A stretch of 63,703 bases of DNA, the filler included, from Octopus bimaculoides (lineage: Eukaryota): NCBI RefSeq assembly GCF_001194135.2. It is 4 parts of 4 records of this genome, joined end to end, with 100 filler letters (N's around TTAATTAATTAA, not from the genome) between each part and the next. Parts side by side here need not be neighbours in the genome. Positions count along the whole stretch, not along the records: positions 42,892 to 62,523 come from NC_068982.1; positions 62,624 to 63,703 come from NC_068983.1; 2 more parts are not named here. One strand, 5' to 3'. Both the position numbers and the translations under genes were made by a program. Shown in pieces: positions 61,657-63,703 of the stretch. The notes beneath the pieces were generated by a model. The model was not told where the DNA came from, made no database searches, and saw nothing but the letters and a program-made list of their open reading frames with translations. Numbering within the stretch: the stretch's first letter is position 1; each line of letters starts with the position of its first letter.

Positions 61657-62124
61657 AAAACACACATATACGACGGGTTTCTTTTAGTTTCCATCTACCA
61701 AATCCCGTTCACAAGGCTTTGGTTGGCCCGGGACCGTAGAAGACACTTGCTCAAGGTGCTACGCAGTGGTACCCGGAAAGCTAACTTCTTACCACATAAC
61801 CACGTCTATGTATTAGAAAAGTTTTAATTAAAACTTTTAATTTAAGATTCATTTCCTTGTTACTTAGTTAAGCCTCAATCTGAAATGATGTGTCACCCTG
61901 GGGAACACTCGATTCGCAGATGAAATTTCCTGGGTGAAACTTTATATCAAATATTATCAGTTCAACTCCAGACAACTGCAAGCCTGCCCCATAACAGAAA
62001 CTGAACCACGAACATCTAGTTTCGAGTACCGTTAGCGAAGCTCTGTACCGTTTCTCTCTCAGATTAATGGCAATAACATCTAATGTCTGCAGCTTCGTTA
62101 GTATTTCGCAAACAATATTTAGCG

Positions 62125-62310
62125 GCATTGAAGGCGGTGAGCTATCGTTAGGACGTCGTCTGCACGTGCTGAGTTCAAATTTCGCCGAGGTCGACTTTGC
62201 CTTTCATTCTTTCGGGATCGATAAATTAAGTACCAGTTGCATACTGAGGTCGATCTAATCGACTGGCCCCCTCCCCTAAGATTTCGGGCCTTGTGCCTAG
62301 AGTAGAAAAG
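62125..62310 (+). mobile_element. SINE family B
   Basis: ggcggtgagct..cgttagg..gagttcaaatttcgccgaggtcgactttgcc..gggccttgtgcctagagtagaaaag. Confidence 0.8.
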
Positions 62311-63703
62311 GAGGATCTTTTTTAAAACGGGAGCCACATTTTTCATTAATGTTTTACGTAGTGTTTTTGCTACCGAAAGACTTTCAAACTTCGTATACTT
62401 ATCTATTTTGTGTTATAGAACAGAAAAATATTTTTGTATTCGAATTTATTTCATGTAAAAAATTGTCTTATTTCGATAATTTTAACCAATCACTGACAAG
62501 TATTCAGTTGTTAACATTTACTCNNNNNNNNNNNNNNNNNNNNNNNNNNNNNNNNNNNNNNNNNNNNTTAATTAATTAANNNNNNNNNNNNNNNNNNNNN
62601 NNNNNNNNNNNNNNNNNNNNNNNATATATATATATATATATATACATATATATTTTTTTTGTAGTGCAGTTTGCTATGTCTCATGAAGTCCGCTTCTCGA
62701 AAAATGTCGCTATATAAATATTGCAATAATACACTCTTAGAAAGTATCTAAATTTTAGTTTTCTTTAAGCAGTTTAGGACAGTCACATTTTGTGACTGAA
62801 TTTAGAACCATAAAAGCGAGAATATCTGTATATATTATAAAATGGATTCATGGAATTTCACTTCCCCGCGAAATTTAGTTTCATTTTCGTTTCTTTTTAA
62901 GGAGACTGAACTTATGAACCTCACTAACGAGTTTTGTATCGAACATCAGAACTGCTGTAGATGTTCGCTATCGAATATTCTTCACCTATAGTGCGAAACG
63001 AAAGAGCTACGTCTATTAAAAAAAAAAAAAACTTAAAAGCTTTTAATATTTCAGATATGTTCAGTGAAAGTGTTGTTTTTTGTTTCTTCATTGTTTTCGT
63101 TTCGTTTCAATTTGCTAAACACCAGTAGGGTTGCAGTCATGATTAGGAAATACAAAAGGAATTTAAAAACGTTCGAATCGGATTTTAAATTTATTCATAC
63201 ACTTGCTTCTATTTGGAATAATTACCCTGCAAAATCTATACATTTGAAGAGGGTTAAATATGATGCTACATACACATTTTCTACAAAGATTAGCTAGGTC
63301 AATGCAATATCTATAACGTGTTCAATTTCAGTGGGTGCCATGTGTATTTTCCTTGCTATAATTACTACCCAATTTTTCAGAATCCAGTTACATTGATTGT
63401 GAAAAAAGTAGGCAATATCTAGAGAACTTTTTGCCTTTTTCCAAATGTTTAGTTGTGTTAAGGGCGTCTCGCTGAGACCAAGCCTCTAAATATTCAGTAT
63501 ACACAAATACTTACACACGCATGCATGTAGAGAAAGAAAAAGAGAGGAGATACCTGTAAAAAAAAAAATAACGAACATAAAATTAACATAAAAGTACATT
63601 ATAAATGTAATCTTTCTTTATTCTCTCTTTCTTTTCATTCTTGCTTCCTTCCTTTCTTTAATTCTACTTACTTTATCTTGCTCTCTTTCTTCATGTCCTT
63701 CTT

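Overview
AT-rich, microsatellite-dense animal genomic DNA with many N gaps. The SINE/LINE complement and (AAT)n/(CA)n/(TA)n load suggest a cephalopod (Octopus-like) assembly; this is inference. One protein-coding gene can be rebuilt by hand on the + strand from 8 canonical GT-AG exons (329-418, 2290-2366, 4634-4750, 6429-6545, 7528-7647, 11001-11117, 11395-11511, 12473-12705). They splice in frame into a 328-aa partial protein: an EMI-like Cys-rich domain ending in CCKGW, six calcium-binding EGF modules and a short Pro/Thr-rich tail with no transmembrane segment. It is strikingly cationic (hand count 63 K+R vs 18 D+E; the EMI part has 18 K+R and no acidic residue). The start codon lies upstream of the window. 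The remaining ~50 kb is decayed mobile DNA: R4/Dong-like, HERO/NeSL-like, Tx1/L1-like, CR1-like and RTE non-LTR retrotransposons, mariner and maT (DD37D) remnants, MITE/foldback elements, several tRNA-derived SINE families and simple repeats. There are also a few unexplained repeat or regulatory-looking structures and several assembly artefacts. Most long ORFs in the supplied track are microsatellite or gap artefacts.
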